A stretch of DNA of 64,000 nt from an uncultured Gemmatimonadales bacterium (GCA_963708135.1 OY970192.1:3232001-3296000), one strand, 5' to 3'; shown: positions 41,881 to 51,438, numbered from the stretch's first letter. Translations and numbers: made by a program. Notes: generated by a model not told the origin, from the letters alone.

Positions 41881-43782
41881 GTGACCGGGACGCCCCTCGC
41901 CCCGATCCGCGCGTTTCTGCGCGAGGCGAAGCGCCGCCGCATCTACACGTCGGCGGTCGCCTACCTCGCGGTGGCCGCGGGCGTGATCGAGGTCGGCGGC
42001 AACATCCTGAACGCCGTCCTCCCGCCGCAGTACATGTGGCTGCAGAAGCTGCTGGTCGTGCTGCTGCTGCTCGGCTTCCCGATCGTGCTCGTGCTCGCCT
42101 GGATCTTCGACATCGGCCCGGCGGGCATCACGCGCACGGCGGCCGCCGCCGAGGGGCCGGCGCTGCCCGCCCGTTCGACGGGCGGCGCGCCCGTGGCGGG
42201 CCGGGTGCGAACCGCGCCGAAGACGATCGAGCTGGTGGAGGAGGCGCCCGACCCGGAGCGCGTCCGGCGCGCATCGATCGGCTTCGTCCGCCACGAGCTG
42301 CGGACCCCGGTCAACGCCATCCTCGGCTACACCGAGATGCTCCTCGAGGACGCGCGCGACGAAGGCGACGACATCGCCGCCGCGGACCTCGAGCGGATCC
42401 TCCACTGCGGCCGCGACATCCTCACGCTCATCGAGCGCAGCCTCGACCCCGAGCGCGTCTCCGCCGAGCAGGGCCGCGACCTGGGCAGCTACGGCAAGCA
42501 GGTCCGCGCCGACCTGCGCGACCCGCTGGGCGCCATCACCGGCTACACGGAGCTGCTGATCGAGATCAGCCGCGAGGACGGCAACGAGCCGCGCGCCCGC
42601 GACCTGGAGCGCGTGCTGGCGGCCTCGCGCAAGCTGCTCGAGCTGTCCAGCGACATCGTGGCCGTGGCGACGGCGGCGCCGGAGACCTCCGGGCTGGCGC
42701 GCGCGGCCTCGATGGCCGAGGGCGTGCTGGCCAAGATCCGGGCGATGCCGGCGGAGACGGCGTCCGACCGGGAGGGCTCGCTGCTGGTGGTGGACGACAG
42801 CGCCATGAACCGCGACCTGCTCGCCCGGCAGCTCGCCCGCAAGGGCTACGTGGTGGCGACCGCGGAAGGCGGGGAGCAGGCGCTGCGCACGCTCGACGAG
42901 CAGCCGTTCGACCTCGTGCTGCTGGACGTCTTCATGGACGGCATGGACGGGATCGAGGTGCTCCGGCGCATGAAGAGCTCGGAGCGGCTGTGCGACATCC
43001 CGGTCATCATGATCTCCGCGCTCGACGAGGTGGACAGCATTGTGCGCTGCCTGGAGATCGGCGCGGCCGACTTCGTGAGCAAGCCCTTCCATCCGACGCT
43101 GCTGGACGCGCGTATCCAGGCGACGCTCGCGGCCACGAGCGCGCGCGCCGCGCCGCGCGAGGCCGGTGGGGAGATCGAGCGGCTCGTTGCCGGGACCTTC
43201 CCGGCGTACCTGCTCCAGCGGCTCCGGGCCGGCACCGTCCAGTCCCTGGACAGCAGCACGAGCGCGGCCGTCTGCTTCATCGACATCGACCAGGCCGTGG
43301 CCGCGACGGATCCGCGCGAGCGGGCCGGGCGGGTGGAGACCCTCATCGACGCGGCTTACGCCGTGGCCGGGGAACACGGCGCCACGGTGCTGCTGCACGG
43401 GATCGGGCTGCTGGTGGCGGCCGGCTTCCCCGACGCGGTCCCGGGCGCGGCCGAGCGCGTCGCGCGGACCGCGCTGGCGTTCGCTCAGCACGCGCAGGCG
43501 CACGGGCTGCCCTGCCGCTCGGCGCTGCACACGGGCGCGCTGCACGGCGCGGTGATCGGGCGGGACCGGCTGGCGTACTCCGTCTGGGGCGACGCGGTGG
43601 ACCTCGCGCGCCGGATGGCGCTGGGCGCCGAGCGCGGGGAGATCATCGTCTCGAGCGCCTGCTACGGGCTGATCAAGGAGGAGTTCGCGCTCCGGAACCG
43701 CGGCATCATCGACGTCGCGGGGCGGGGACAGATGCGGGCATATTCGCTGGAACGGGAAGGGGTGAGGGCGGGCGCGCCCTGA
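41881..43782 (+). CDS. Membrane-anchored HisKA-HisKA-REC-class III nucleotide cyclase-like protein
   Basis: EAKRRRIY..AVAY TM hairpin, RHELRTPVNAILGY, RADLRDPLGAITGY, LVVDD/LLDVFM/KP, ALHTG..GAVIG...YSVWGD. Confidence 0.82.
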   Translation: MTGTPLAPIRAFLREAKRRRIYTSAVAYLAVAAGVIEVGGNILNAVLPPQYMWLQKLLVVLLLLGFPIVLVLAWIFDIGPAGITRTAAAAEGPALPARSTGGAPVAGRVRTAPKTIELVEEAPDPERVRRASIGFVRHELRTPVNAILGYTEMLLEDARDEGDDIAAADLERILHCGRDILTLIERSLDPERVSAEQGRDLGSYGKQVRADLRDPLGAITGYTELLIEISREDGNEPRARDLERVLAASRKLLELSSDIVAVATAAPETSGLARAASMAEGVLAKIRAMPAETASDREGSLLVVDDSAMNRDLLARQLARKGYVVATAEGGEQALRTLDEQPFDLVLLDVFMDGMDGIEVLRRMKSSERLCDIPVIMISALDEVDSIVRCLEIGAADFVSKPFHPTLLDARIQATLAATSARAAPREAGGEIERLVAGTFPAYLLQRLRAGTVQSLDSSTSAAVCFIDIDQAVAATDPRERAGRVETLIDAAYAVAGEHGATVLLHGIGLLVAAGFPDAVPGAAERVARTALAFAQHAQAHGLPCRSALHTGALHGAVIGRDRLAYSVWGDAVDLARRMALGAERGEIIVSSACYGLIKEEFALRNRGIIDVAGRGQMRAYSLEREGVRAGAP

Positions 43783-43909
43783 GCCTTCCGGGCTCCACTC
43801 GCGTTCGAACCTTCGCGGGCGCGTCAGCCTGCCGACCGCTTTGACACGGACCCGGTGTGACCTGCGCCCCGCCCACGAGATCGGCGGCCAGTAGTCGGCG
43901 CCGGCCTCC

Positions 43910-45832
43910 CTACCTCGCCGGCGGCCTGAACCCCAGCGTCTCCCCGGGGTCCAGCACTTCCTCGCCGACATCGCTGCGGATCCCCTCGACGCCGTCGAAG
44001 ACCTGCAGCGCGAAGGGGACCTTGCCGAAGGGGGCGCTGACCTGGAGGCCGCGCACGGCGGGGCGGACGCGCTCGAACATCTCGCGGGCGATGGCGATGC
44101 CCTCGGCCAGCGCGTGCTCCTTCCCCCTCTCGCTGGCGCGGCGCATCCGGACGAGCACGTCCTCGGGCACGACCACGCCGGGCACCTCGTTGGCGAGGAA
44201 CTCGGCGTTGCGGGCGGAGACGAGCGGCCAGATCCCGGCGACGATCGGGATCCAGATGCCGCGCTTCTCGAGCTCGGCGGTGAAGTCGAGGAGCTGGTCG
44301 GCGTCGAAGACGGGCTGGGTGACGGCGTACTCGGCGCCGGCCTCGACCTTCCAGTAGAAGCGCTCGAGCTCGTGCTCGCGGTCGGCGGCACCGGGATTCA
44401 CGCCGACGCCGATGGCGAAGGATGTCGGCTCGCCGATGGGGTTGCCGCCCGGGTCGAGCCCGTGGTTCAGCCGCACGACCAGGTTGGTGAGGCCGATGGA
44501 GTCGATGTCGAAGACGGCCGTGGACTCCGGGTACGGCCCCATCTTGGGCGGGTCGCCGGTGATGACGAGCAGGTTGCGCAGCCCGAGCGCGTGGGCGCCG
44601 AGCAGGTCGGAGAGCATGCCGAGCAGGTTCCTGTCCCGGCACGAGTAGTGGAGCACGGTCTCGATGCCGACGGTCTGCTCGATGAGCACGGCGGTGGCCA
44701 GCGCGCCCATCCGCATCTGGGCGCGCGGGCCATCCGGCACGTTGACGCCGTCGATGCCCGCGCGCTCGAGCAGCCGCACGCCCGCCAGCATCTTCGCTGG
44801 GCTGATCCCCTTGGGCGGCACGATCTCGACGGTGGTGACCAGCTCGCCGCCGGCGAGCTTCCGCCCCCAGCGCGAGCGGTCCGCCAGCGGCGTCACGGCC
44901 ACGTCGGGGGCGGCGGACTCGGGCCGGCCGACGTGCGTCGAGACGGTGCGCGGCGAAAGGGAGCGCACGGCGTCGCTTATCTGCCGGATGTGGTCGGGCG
45001 TGGTGCCGCAGCAGCCGCCCACGAACTTGACGCCGGCGCGGATGAGGCGCTGCGCGTACTTGGCCACGTACTCGGGCGAGGCCATGTACATCTTGCGGCC
45101 CGAGATCTCGCGCGGCATGCCCGCGTTCGGCTGCGCCGAGAGCTTCCTGCGCGTGACCGCGGCGGCCTTCTCGATCGCATCGAGGATCCCCGCGGGACCG
45201 ACGGAACAGTTGAAGCCGATGACGTCGGCGCCCCACTCGTCGAGCCGGACCGCGCAGACCTCGGGCGTCGTGCCGTACGTGGTCTTGCCGTCCTCCTGCA
45301 CCGTCATCTGCGCAACGACCGGAAACGTGCACGCCTCGCGCACGGCGAGCAGCGCCTCGTGGATCTCCGCGAGGTCGCTGAAGGTCTCGAGCACGAAGAA
45401 CTGCGCGCCACCCTCGAGGAGTCCTTCCGCCTGCTCCCTGAAGAACTCCCGCGCTTCCGCGAGCGATGTCGGCCCGTACGGCTCGATGCGGATCCCGAGC
45501 GGGCCGATCGAGCCGCCCACCAGCGCCCGCTCGCCCGCCGCCTCCCGCGCCACCCGCGCCGCCGCCGCGTTGATCTCGCGCACCTGCGCCTCGAGCCCGT
45601 ACTGCGCGAGCTTCACGCGGTTCGCGCCGAACGAGTTGGTCTCCAGCAGCTCCGCCCCCGCCCGCACGTACTCGCGGTGGACCTGCCGCACGAGATCGGG
45701 ATCGCGCAGGTTCAGCTCGTCATAGCAGCGGTTGATGAAGACCCCCTTCTGGTACAGCATCGTCCCCATCGCGCCGTCGAAGACGTGGGGCCGAGCGTCG
45801 GAGAGGAGGTCGAGGAAGCTGAGCTCAGGCAT
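43910..45832 (-). CDS. yitJ: Bifunctional homocysteine S-methyltransferase / methylenetetrahydrofolate reductase
   Basis: DGAMGT, GFNC, PNAG, GGCCG followed by MTHFR domain (CRDRN, ITGDPP, KVEAGA, TQPVF). Confidence 0.92.
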   Translation of the reverse strand: MPELSFLDLLSDARPHVFDGAMGTMLYQKGVFINRCYDELNLRDPDLVRQVHREYVRAGAELLETNSFGANRVKLAQYGLEAQVREINAAAARVAREAAGERALVGGSIGPLGIRIEPYGPTSLAEAREFFREQAEGLLEGGAQFFVLETFSDLAEIHEALLAVREACTFPVVAQMTVQEDGKTTYGTTPEVCAVRLDEWGADVIGFNCSVGPAGILDAIEKAAAVTRRKLSAQPNAGMPREISGRKMYMASPEYVAKYAQRLIRAGVKFVGGCCGTTPDHIRQISDAVRSLSPRTVSTHVGRPESAAPDVAVTPLADRSRWGRKLAGGELVTTVEIVPPKGISPAKMLAGVRLLERAGIDGVNVPDGPRAQMRMGALATAVLIEQTVGIETVLHYSCRDRNLLGMLSDLLGAHALGLRNLLVITGDPPKMGPYPESTAVFDIDSIGLTNLVVRLNHGLDPGGNPIGEPTSFAIGVGVNPGAADREHELERFYWKVEAGAEYAVTQPVFDADQLLDFTAELEKRGIWIPIVAGIWPLVSARNAEFLANEVPGVVVPEDVLVRMRRASERGKEHALAEGIAIAREMFERVRPAVRGLQVSAPFGKVPFALQVFDGVEGIRSDVGEEVLDPGETLGFRPPAR

Positions 45833-45850
45833 CAGCCATCTCTCTCAGCA

Positions 45851-45935
45851 GTTCACGCTTTCGCATTCGCATTCGCATTCGCATTCGCATTCGCTTTCGG
45901 CGGTTCGGCGGTTCGGCGGTTCGGCGGTTCGGCGG
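45851..45935. repeat. (TTCGCA/TTCGCT)n hexamer tract followed by (CGGTTCGG)4
   Basis: Read directly; left arm of the second four-helix gene. Confidence 0.92.
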
Positions 45936-45981
45936 CCCCACCCCAGCACGGACGCCGCGCCCGGATTCTGGCACACGCCGC

Positions 45982-46347
45982 TCATTCGCCTCTCCCTTTC
46001 CCTTTCCCCAGCAGTCCCGTGAGCATCGCCACGATCCGGTCCAGCAGCTCGCGCCCGGACCCGAGCTCGGTCTCGTCCGCGAGATGCAGCACTTCGAGGA
46101 CGTCGAGCACCGCCGCGCATTCCGTGGCCGAGCGACGCGCGAAGCGGAAGAACCGCGCCTTGTCCGCCTTGCTGAACTCGCCCGCGCCCTCGGCGATGTT
46201 CAGGGCCATGGACGTCGCGGCGCGCCGGAGCTGGTCGACCAGGTAGCCGTGCCCGGCCGGCAGCCGCTGCACGAGGGCGTTCGCCACGGCCACGAACTCG
46301 ATCGCGGCGCGGTAGACATCCATCTTCTCGTGAAAGAACGTGGGCAT
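45982..46347 (-). CDS. Four helix bundle protein (TIGR02436 / 23S rRNA-IVP family)
   Basis: HEKMDVY, DQLRRAATSMALNIAEG.G, RFF..ARRSA.EC; GGGAG RBS; GKGKG tail encoded by a hexamer repeat. Confidence 0.92.
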   Translation of the reverse strand: MPTFFHEKMDVYRAAIEFVAVANALVQRLPAGHGYLVDQLRRAATSMALNIAEGAGEFSKADKARFFRFARRSATECAAVLDVLEVLHLADETELGSGRELLDRIVAMLTGLLGKGKGRGE

Positions 46348-46462
46348 GGTTGACTCCCGTGTCGAACATGGCAGCGTGCACCCTACCGCCTCCCGGGGGC
46401 GAGGGGGGCCTCGCCCCGCCTCACCTTCGCCCGCGGAGGGCACCCTCCCCCCGCCCCCGTTT

Positions 46463-46490
46463 CGAAAGCGAAAGCGAAAGCGAAAGCGTG
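46463..46490. repeat. (CGAAAG)4CGTG tract, inverted partner of 45854-45898
   Basis: Reverse complement CACGCTTTCGCTTTCG matches the left arm CACGCTTTCGCATTCG. Confidence 0.9.
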
Positions 46491-46509
46491 CCCCGACAGA
46501 CTCGTCCGC

Positions 46510-49500
46510 TTACGCCGAGAAATATTTGGCCTCGGGATGATGCACCACCAGCGCCGCGGTGCTCAGCTCGGGAACGAGCGCGCCGGCCTCGGTGAGCTCC
46601 ATGTCCAGCCGCTCCCTCGCCGGCAGCAGCTCGAAGAGCGTGAAGTGCTGGCGGTGATCCGGGCACGCGGGATAGCCCCACGAGTAGCGCAGCCCGCGGT
46701 CCTCCGGGATCCCCAGCTCGCGGCGGATGCGGCGGTGCAGCCACTCGGCGGCGGCCTCGGCCAGGCGCACGCCGAAGCCGTGCAGGAAATAGCCCTCGCC
46801 GTAGTCGCCGCTCTTCATGAGGGCGGCGGAGCGCTCGAGCAGGCGGTCGCCGATGGTGACGACCTGGAAGGCGACGATGTCGGGGGCCCCGTTCGTGGCG
46901 GGCGCGAAGTAGTCGGCCAGGCAGAGACGGTCGCGGTCGGCCTGGCGTGGGAAGGGGAAGCGCGCGAGCTCGCGGCCGGCGTCGCCGGGAGCGTAGACGA
47001 CGAGATCGTCGCCTGCCGAGGCCGCGGGGAAGAAGCCGTAGGCGGCGCGCGGCGCGAGCAGGCCGGCGGCCTGGACCTCCCGGCGGTAGCGGCGCAGGCG
47101 CGGCTCGAACTCGTCGGTCACGAGCCGCTCCCACTCCTCGCCCTTGGCGTTCCTGGCGCCCCAGTGCAGGCGGTAGAGGGTGTTGAGCTCGATGTCCTCG
47201 TAGAGCTCCGCCAGCGGAGGGCGGTCGAGCACCTTGACGCCGAGGAACGGCGGCCTGGGGATGGCGACATCGCGCGAGGGGCCGCCGCCGTCCCGCGCCG
47301 GCCGGCCCGCCCGGGCGCGCGCCTGGAGCTCGGCGCGCCGGGCCACGCCCTCCCGGACATCCCGCTGCCGGTCGGCGATGAAGCCCTCGCGGCGGCCGGG
47401 ATCGAGCAGCGCGTCCACCGTGGCCAGCCCCTCGAACGCATCCTTGCAGTAGTAGACGCCGGGGGCGTAGAGGGCGCCGGCGTCGCCATCCACGAAGGAG
47501 GCGGCGCGCACGAAGGAGGGGTTGATGGCCGCGCCGCCGACCATGACGGGGAACGAGAGGCCGCGCGCGTGCAGCTCCTGGACGCACAGCGGCATCTGCT
47601 TCGACGTCGAGACGAGCAGCGCGGAGAGGCCGATCACGTCCGCGCCGACCTCCTGGGCGCGCTCGATGATGGTGTTGACCGGGACCTGCTTGCCGAGGTC
47701 GTGGACGGTATAGCCGTTGTTGGAGAGAATGGTGCCGACCAGGCTCTTGCCGATGTCGTGGACATCGCCGAAGACCGTGGCCAGGACGACCTTGCCCTTG
47801 GTCTCGCCTTCGACCTTCTCGAGGAAGGTCTCCAGCCGGGCGACGGCGCGCTTCATGACCTCCGCCGACTGCAGCACGAACGGCAGGATCAGCTCGCCCG
47901 CGCCGAACTTGTCGCCCACCTCCTTCATGGCGGGGAGGAGCACGTGGTTCAGGACGTGGACGGCCGCGCGGTGGGTGGGGCCGGGCCCGCCGGCCCCGCC
48001 GTTCACGCTTTCGCTTTCGCCTTCGCTTTCGCTTTCGATCCGTTCCGATTCCGGATCCAGAATTCGCCGCTGCTTCCCGATTGCCCTTTCCACCAGCTCC
48101 TCCACACCGTCCTTCTTCCGGTGCAGGATCTTCCAGTGGATGGCCTGCTCGGGCTCCATCTCCGCCGTGGGATCGACCGCCTCCTCGGCCTCGGCCTCGT
48201 GGGACTCGTAGAAGGCGATGAAGCGGGCGAGCGCATCCTCGCGGCGGTCGAAGATGAGGTCGTCGGCCAGCGCGCGCTGCTCGGCGTCGATCTCGGCGTA
48301 AGGGGTGATGTGCGCGGGGTTCACGATGGCCATGTCGAGCCCCGCCTCGACGCAGTGGTGCAGGAACACGGAGTTCAGCACCGCGCGCGCGTGGCGGGCC
48401 AGCCCGAAGCTGACGTTCGAGACGCCCAGCGAGGTGAGCACGCCCGGCAGCTCCCGCTTGATCAGCCGGATCCCCTCGATCGTGTCCACCGCGGAGTGGC
48501 GGAACTCGGCGTCGCCGGTGGCGAGCGTGAAGGTCAGCGCATCGAAGATGAGCGCGTCCGGGGCGAGGCCGTACTCCTGGGTCGAGATCTGGTGGATGCG
48601 GTGCGCCACCTCGAGCTTGCGCTCCGCCGTCTTGGCCATCCCCTCCTCGTCGATCGTCAATGCGACGACGGCGGCCCCGTGCTCCACCGCGTACGGCAGC
48701 ACCGCCTCGATGCGCTGCCGCCCGTTCTCCAGGTTGATCGAGTTCACGATCGCGCGGCCGGGGTACTGCTCGAGCGCGGCGCGCACGACGTCGTACTCGG
48801 TGGTGTCCACGACGAGCGGCGCCTCGACCCCCTGCGCGAGCAGCTTCACCAGCGCGCCCATCTGCGCTGCCTCGTCCTGCCGCTCGGTCACGGCCACGCA
48901 CACATCCAGCAGGTGCGCGCCGCCCTCGACCTGGCCGCGCGCGACCTCGAGGATGCCGTCGTAGTCCTCCGCCAGCAGCAGCCGCTTGACCGCGCGCGAG
49001 CCCTGCGCGTTCACCCGCTCGCCGATCAGCGTCGGCGCCGGCTGCTGCGCGAGCGCCGTGGCCGTCATGGCGCTGGCGACGCGGGCCACGTAGGCGACGT
49101 CGCGCGTGCGCGGCTTCTTCCCCCACACGCGTTCCACCACCTGCCGCAGGTGCTCCGGCGTGGTGCCGCAGCAGCCGCCGACCACGTTCACGCCGAGCTG
49201 CTCGACGAACTCGCCGTGCGCCTCCGCCAGCGCCTCCGGCGTGAGCGGATAGACGGCGCAGCCGGCCTCGTTGTGCGGGATGCCGGCGTTCGGGATCACG
49301 CTGATGGGTAGCCGCGTGTTGTCCGAGAGCCAGCGCACGGGCTGGCGCATGTGCTCGGGGCCGGTCGAGCAGTTGAGCCCGATCAGGTCGGCGCCGATCG
49401 CCTCGATGATGACCGTGGCCGCCTCGATGTCCGTGCCCAGCAGCATCCGGCCGGAGGTGTCCAGCGTGACCTGCACCTGCAGCGGCCGCCACGTGCCCAG

Positions 49501-50061
49501 CTCCGCGAGCGCCCGCCGGATCCCCGTCACCTGCGCCTTGACCTCGAGGATGTCCTGGCTGGTCTCGATCAGCAGCACGTCCACGCCGCCCTCGACGAGC
49601 CCCCGCGCCTGCTCGCGGAACACCTCCGCCAGCTCGCCGTACGTGGTGGCGCCGAGCGTCGGATCGGAGGTGCTCGGCAGGAACCCGCTCGGCCCGATGC
49701 TGCCCGCAACGAAGCGCGGCCGCTCCGGCGTGGCGAAGCCATCCGCCACCCGCCGGGCCAGGGAGGCGGCGGCGCGGTTCATCTCGACGATGCGGTCCTC
49801 GAGCCCGTACTCGCGCATGGTGAGGCGGTTGGCGCGGAAGGTGTCGGTCTCGACCACGTCGCAGCCGACCTCCAGGAACGAGGCGTGGATGCCCTCGACC
49901 ACCTCCGGCCTGGAGAAGACCAGGTGGTCGTTGCACCCCTCCAGGCCCGGACCACCGAAGTCGGCGGCCGCGAGCCCCAGCGCCTGGATGCTCGTCCCCA
50001 TGGCGCCGTCGAACACCAGCACGCGCTCCTTCAGCACATCGAGATACCGGCTCTCGCGCAT
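46510..50061 (-). CDS. metH: Cobalamin-dependent methionine synthase
   Basis: DGAMGT, LNCSTG, GGCCG, IGERVN pterin domain, DVHDIGK B12 motif, RYSWGYPACPD. Confidence 0.96.
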   Translation of the reverse strand: MRESRYLDVLKERVLVFDGAMGTSIQALGLAAADFGGPGLEGCNDHLVFSRPEVVEGIHASFLEVGCDVVETDTFRANRLTMREYGLEDRIVEMNRAAASLARRVADGFATPERPRFVAGSIGPSGFLPSTSDPTLGATTYGELAEVFREQARGLVEGGVDVLLIETSQDILEVKAQVTGIRRALAELGTWRPLQVQVTLDTSGRMLLGTDIEAATVIIEAIGADLIGLNCSTGPEHMRQPVRWLSDNTRLPISVIPNAGIPHNEAGCAVYPLTPEALAEAHGEFVEQLGVNVVGGCCGTTPEHLRQVVERVWGKKPRTRDVAYVARVASAMTATALAQQPAPTLIGERVNAQGSRAVKRLLLAEDYDGILEVARGQVEGGAHLLDVCVAVTERQDEAAQMGALVKLLAQGVEAPLVVDTTEYDVVRAALEQYPGRAIVNSINLENGRQRIEAVLPYAVEHGAAVVALTIDEEGMAKTAERKLEVAHRIHQISTQEYGLAPDALIFDALTFTLATGDAEFRHSAVDTIEGIRLIKRELPGVLTSLGVSNVSFGLARHARAVLNSVFLHHCVEAGLDMAIVNPAHITPYAEIDAEQRALADDLIFDRREDALARFIAFYESHEAEAEEAVDPTAEMEPEQAIHWKILHRKKDGVEELVERAIGKQRRILDPESERIESESEGESESVNGGAGGPGPTHRAAVHVLNHVLLPAMKEVGDKFGAGELILPFVLQSAEVMKRAVARLETFLEKVEGETKGKVVLATVFGDVHDIGKSLVGTILSNNGYTVHDLGKQVPVNTIIERAQEVGADVIGLSALLVSTSKQMPLCVQELHARGLSFPVMVGGAAINPSFVRAASFVDGDAGALYAPGVYYCKDAFEGLATVDALLDPGRREGFIADRQRDVREGVARRAELQARARAGRPARDGGGPSRDVAIPRPPFLGVKVLDRPPLAELYEDIELNTLYRLHWGARNAKGEEWERLVTDEFEPRLRRYRREVQAAGLLAPRAAYGFFPAASAGDDLVVYAPGDAGRELARFPFPRQADRDRLCLADYFAPATNGAPDIVAFQVVTIGDRLLERSAALMKSGDYGEGYFLHGFGVRLAEAAAEWLHRRIRRELGIPEDRGLRYSWGYPACPDHRQHFTLFELLPARERLDMELTEAGALVPELSTAALVVHHPEAKYFSA

Positions 50062-50116
50062 CCCCGCCTGCTCCCTGGAAGACTGCCCGCACCCGCGGCC
50101 GGCGCCCCCGGCCAGC

Positions 50117-50150
50117 AAAAAACCCCCGGCCACTCTGAAAGTGCGGGGGT
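50117..50150 (-). terminator. Intrinsic terminator in the metH leader
   Basis: Minus strand CCCCCGCACTTTCAGAGTGGCCGGGGG followed by TTTTTT. Confidence 0.75.
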
Positions 50151-50172
50151 CGCCCTGGGGCGGATCCTTCAT

Positions 50173-50285
50173 CCCGGCACTTTAGCTTTTGTGCGACGAC
50201 GCCGCGAGCGTGCCGGGCTGGGTGCGCCCTCCCTCGCGGTCGTCGTCCGGCGGTAGCAAGCGGCCTGCAAATCCCTCCGCCGGTT
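50173..50285 (-). ncRNA. SAM-II-like riboswitch aptamer with inserted hairpin
   Basis: Minus strand CCGGCGG..GATTTG..GCCGCTTGC..CCGCCGG-[hairpin]-ACAAAAGCTAAAG follows the SAM-II GAUUU/UUGC/GCUAAA pattern; located upstream of metH. Confidence 0.7.
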
Positions 50286-50979
50286 CAACCCTTCATCGTC
50301 ACGAATGTAGGGGTGCCCCCCACGCGGGTCAACCCACTGCCACGCCGGCATTTCTCGGGAGTCGGCATTGCAGGCGACGGGATAACAAGCGAGCAGTGAT
50401 CCGTCAGGTTCTGACGGCTCGTCGGTCAGACATCATCGACGGAAACGTGAACGGCAAAACGGCCACGGCTCGACACGAAGGGCCCGGAGGGAGCGGAGGG
50501 AACGGACCCCCCCGCGGCACCACCCTGTCCGGCAGCGGGCGCATCGGGATGCCACGCCCACACGGCGACGGACGAGGTCGGGACGCGGGACCTGCTGCGG
50601 TCGGGGCAGGGCAGCGGGGTCGCGGTGGCGCGCGGCGGGTCGCGGGGTGCACAGCCTGCCACTCGCCAACCTCCGGCGCGTGAGGGGCGGCTCGTGCACC
50701 CCAGGCCGGCCCAACTCGCCGCCCGCTTTCTCCGGCTTCATCGAGTGGCGGATCGGGACGGTTCTGCCTGCCCGATCCGACTCTCGTTTCCGCAGCCAGG
50801 ACGAGTGGCGGGTTGTGCAGGGATGAGGTCCCCCGCCCCGGTGCGGCCGATGGCCCGCGGCGCCCGGAGGGGTGCGCGGGCCGCCGAGCCGGAAGGTGAG
50901 CCGCACGGCGTCGGCCTGGATCGTGGAGGAAGAAGGTGGGCAGCCCGAACACACGCATACGCACCCGCGGTGCGACGCC

Positions 50980-51400
50980 TCAAGAGCCTCTGACGCCTCG
51001 GAGTCCTCCGGCACACCCGAGCCCTCTGACGCCTCGGAGTCCTCCGGCACGCCCGAGCCCTCTGACGCCTCGGAGTCCTCCGGCACGCCCGAGCCCTCTG
51101 GCTCCGCCGAGCCCTCGGACTTCCCCGCGCCCTCCGACGCCCGAGCCCTCCGACGCCCGAGCCCTCCGACGCCCGAGCCCTCCGACGCCCGAGTCCTCTG
51201 ACGCCTCGGAGCCTTCGACGCCCCCCGAGCCCCGGTCCCCAACCCCGAGCCCGCTACCGAGCCCGCGCCCCGCGTCCCCGAGCCCGCGCCCCCGAGCCCG
51301 CGCCCCGGGCGCGAGCCAGATCCCGATCCCGATCCCGATCCCGATCCCGATCCCGATCCCGATCCCGAGCCCCGATCCCGAGCCCCGAGCCCCGCGGCCC
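50980..51400. repeat. Nested tandem repeats: 36 bp x3, 16 bp x4, (GATCCC)8 and CCCGAG-type tracts
   Basis: CTCTGACGCC at 50988/51024/51060; CCTCCGACGCCCGAG at 51131/51147/51163/51179; GATCCC 51319-51366. Confidence 0.92.
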
Positions 51401-51438
51401 GGCTCCCGCGCCCATGGTAGCGGAGCGCCTCCGCTCTC

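Noticed and set aside
43841..43860. TTGACA as a -35 element
   Set aside because: Lies between convergent genes with no matching -10 box
45982..46347. 23S rRNA intervening sequence
   Set aside because: Flanked by metH and yitJ; no rRNA sequence in the window
50062..50172. Upstream ATG for metH
   Set aside because: Overlaps the leader terminator; ATG 50061 has a purine-rich RBS and gives a normal N-terminus
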